Of a stretch of DNA of 12,793 nt, positions 10,859 through 12,793 are shown in pieces. The notes beneath the pieces were generated by a model that saw only the letters and a program-made list of their open reading frames with translations, ran no database searches and was not told where the DNA came from. Position numbers and translations under genes: made by a program. The DNA is from Paraspadella gotoi (Eukaryota; Animalia; Chaetognatha): the NCBI GenBank assembly GCA_051294375.1, contig JBJCIZ010001163.1:1-12793 (forward strand), read 5' to 3'. Positions within the stretch are counted from its first letter, which is position 1. Each line of letters starts with the position of its first letter.

Positions 10859-11138
10859 TACTTTCTCCTCGAGGCGCGCGAAGATGCTGTGAAGGACGGA
10901 GGCCGTTCGACCAAAGCCGTCGAGAATCAGTGGCCGCTTGCCTGTCGCTTTCGGACTCATATTCCTTACTGAGGTAGGCAAATAAAATTTTTCCAGTTTG
11001 GCCTCGGTGGGATCTCCATAAAGGAAAGCGTTTACTCGAGGGTTGACGTCCGCGCAGCGATCCTTGACTCGAGGTGGGCGAATTTTTCGCTGGCGTAGTG
11101 ATTGTCGCTCGGACGTACGCTGCTTCAACTCGTCGAAT
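10859..11138 (-). pseudogene. gag: Internal gag fragment (duplicate of 2761-3036), truncated at both ends
   Basis: IRRVEAAYVRATITTPA...VNPRVNAFLYGDPTEA...ARLEEKV, seen in pieces in ORFs 10763-11269 and 10839-11198. Confidence 0.75.
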
Positions 11139-11146
11139 ACTTTTTG

Positions 11147-11178
<32 letters not shown>

Positions 11179-11318
11179 TTCTCTCCCTTCTTTTGCACAA
11201 ATTTGTAGATTCTTTATTAACGCTGATGAAGGCTCGAAATAAAAAGAGTTGAAACATGTCTGTACACAAATAAAATCGTTGATGAAATTATTTCCAAACT
11301 TTGCTTAAATCTCTAAAC
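11139..11318 (+). mobile_element. Short hammerhead-bearing element (Penelope-like pLTR or non-autonomous derivative)
   Basis: (CT)n 11149-11185, ~40-nt spacer, hammerhead, AATAAA, then tail 'tcgttg...aactttgcttaaatctc'. Same order as 12261-12425. Confidence 0.7.
11220..11263 (+). ncRNA. Minimal type I hammerhead ribozyme (PLE/retrozyme type)
   Basis: acg CTGATGA A GGCTC GAAATAAAAA GAGTT GAAAC AT GTC tgt. Intact core, stem II with two G-U pairs, palindromic stem III (ACATGT), GUC cleavage triplet at 11258-11260, 3-bp stem I (acg/tgt), AATAAA at 11269-11274. Confidence 0.85.
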
Positions 11319-11363
11319 TCAATGAAGCTGAAAGGATTAATACAATGGTTATTTTAACCCATA

Positions 11364-11495
11364 ATAGATTGAGATGAAATTTTGTGAGCGGGAAGGAAAG
11401 TTTGTGAAGAAGCTAGATATAAAGTTTTGACGGAATTGTGCCAGTGGAAATGAGTTTAAATGGAAAAAATATAAGTCACATTTACTTTATTTTAA
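11364..11495 (+). repeat. Further diverged copy of the 175-bp unit, outside the duplication
   Basis: 'atagattgagatgaaattttgtg...gaagctagatataaagttttgacggaat...agtggaaatgagtttaaatg...agtcacatttact' matches the units at 2355 and 2530. Confidence 0.85.
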
Positions 11496-11661
11496 GGACA
11501 TCGATGATGATAAGCTGTATATAAATTTATAATTAATTATTAAATATTAAAATTAATTAATTAATTAATCGATTAATTAATTAATTTTTGTAGGCAGATA
11601 AATTTGGGTGTATGAAGCTGAAAATTTATATACAGCTTCTCAACATCGATGTGCTTAAAAT
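11489..11661. repeat. 40-bp imperfect inverted repeat around an AT-rich spacer (MITE/fold-back-like)
   Basis: 11489-11528 ATTTTAAGGACATCGATGATGATAAGCTGTATATAAATTT matches the reverse complement of 11622-11661 with 3 mismatches. Confidence 0.85.
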
Positions 11662-11716
11662 TGAGTCTGGACAGTTATTAATTATGTTTTGTTTACGTTT
11701 TATCAAAACAAACAAA

Positions 11717-11975
11717 TTTTCTCTTTTTTATTTTTATATTTTTTTCTCTCTCTCTTTTCTATTTTAATTGCATGTCTCTCTCCCTCTCTCTTTTCCCTAA
11801 GGGGAAAAAAACGAGTCTGCAGCTGGCTCTGCAGGGGCTTATTCTTTTTCTCTCTTTTCTCCTGCTGCTTCTGCTGCTGACTTTTGATTTCTTTCTTTTT
11901 TTTCTGGGTGCCTCTGCTGCTGCCACTGCTGATTTGTCCGAAAACGATTTGGCTTCTCTCTCTCTCTCTCTCTGC
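11717..11975. repeat. CT-rich low-complexity region with (CT)n and (CTG)n runs
   Basis: Directly visible; it explains the spurious ORFs in 11689-12026. Confidence 0.8.
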
Positions 11976-12032
11976 GTTTTTATTAAAACAAGTTTGATTA
12001 AACAATGTCGGATCTACCTACGATAAAGATAA

Positions 12033-12250
12033 TTTTAATTATCAAGCCTTGACCGGCGAAGCCGGGTCAGGCTCTATAATGTTTTAGGGTTGCTTCATTG
12101 TGACGTAGTCGTCGTCGTCGTCACGCTTTTTTGTATAAACTGTCTCTTCTCACAATTTTCACTTCTTTTTCAAAACTTATTCGAACTAGCCACTTCCAAA
12201 AATCTGTCCTCACCACTGATCACTGTCCTTACTCAATTCTTTTGTTGGAA
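12033..12250 (+). mobile_element. 5' end of a Helentron-associated (HINE/DINE-like) element
   Basis: T-rich start, strong hairpin AGCCT(T)GACCGGC-GAA-GCCGG(G)TCAGGCT (12045-12073), then 'ctataatgtttt' and a (GTC)n microsatellite at 12108-12122. The right boundary is approximate. Confidence 0.55.
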
Positions 12251-12260
12251 ACCTTTAACC

Positions 12261-12425
12261 CTCTCTCTCTCTCTCTCTCTCTCTTTTTACTTTTAACTTA
12301 AAAACTTGTATCAAGTTCATAACTCATGTGTGCTGATGAAGGCTCGTATTGTGAGCCGAAACATGTCTGCTCTTTTAAAATAAAAATTCGTTGCAAAATA
12401 AAATCAACTTTGTTAATCTCCAAAC
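12261..12425 (+). mobile_element. Short hammerhead-bearing element, diverged subfamily member
   Basis: (CT)12 at 12261-12284, ~50-nt spacer, hammerhead, AATAAA, then tail 'tcgttg...aactttgttaatctc'. Confidence 0.7.
12330..12370 (+). ncRNA. Minimal type I hammerhead ribozyme (PLE/retrozyme type)
   Basis: gtg CTGATGA A GGCTC GTATTGT GAGCC GAAAC AT GTC tgc. Intact core, perfect 5-bp stem II, palindromic ACATGT stem III, GUC at 12365-12367, weak stem I, AATAAA at 12379-12384. Confidence 0.9.
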
Positions 12426-12793
12426 AACGAAAAAGAAAGGATAATTACCATGAATTATATTTTAAAAAAAAATTTTGAATTTCATCTTCAATTATTATAT
12501 ACTGCAATATGTAAATTAGATTAAAGCATTTCTATATACTAATTTGGATATTATTAATGAGTTACTTTAATCTCATTTGCATATTGCAGTAAATCATAAT
12601 GAAGTGGAAATTCAAACAAAAAATACTTAAAATCCAAATGTAATATGAAATAATCACAGCTATTTCAAGATGAAAAGCCATATCTAAATTTTTAACTTAC
12701 TATGATCGCACACTTTGTAAAACTTTATCATAATTCATAATAATTTTATTTAAAAAAACCGGTAAGTCACAGCAAACCTATAAAGCGCGGTAG

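Larger units (their letters stand above)
8119..11138 (+). repeat. Segmental direct duplication, copy 2
   Basis: Matches 1-3036. Identity stops abruptly after 'tcgtcgaat' at 11138, where a (CT)n/hammerhead element begins. The true left boundary cannot be seen because copy 1 starts at the window edge. Confidence 0.97.

Noticed and set aside
10763-11269. 168-aa ORF, the longest in the window
   Set aside because: A chimera of antisense hammerhead, (GA)n-encoded ER repeats, partly out-of-frame gag and sense hammerhead. Not a real gene.
11689-12296. ORFs 11689-11880, 11703-12005, 11772-12026 and 12090-12296
   Set aside because: Products of CT/GA and GTC microsatellites.

Overview
AT-rich, repeat-dense DNA that looks eukaryotic (probably an invertebrate animal), with no complete gene and no prokaryotic operon or CRISPR array. 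Bases 1-3036 recur as a near-identical direct copy at 8119-11138, differing mostly by 1-nt indels. Each copy carries, on the minus strand, a spliced terminal exon resembling the C-terminal cytoplasmic part of a TRPM/TRPC-type channel. Each copy also carries diverged tandem repeats, a Helentron/DINE-like non-autonomous element, and a Ty3/gypsy-type gag fragment (with PBS and LTR end in copy 1 only). The most striking signal is a family of short elements containing minimal type I hammerhead ribozymes of the Penelope-like-element (PLE)/retrozyme kind (CTGATGA-A-GGCTC-loop-GAGYY-GAAAC-ATGTC, then AATAAA). There are four copies, two with an intact core on + and two 5'-truncated on -. Two of them form an inverted pair enclosing a ~280-bp gag fragment exactly at the duplication breakpoint. 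Two related LTR-like segments each carry a tRNA-like A/B-box unit. All calls were made by eye; no searches were run.
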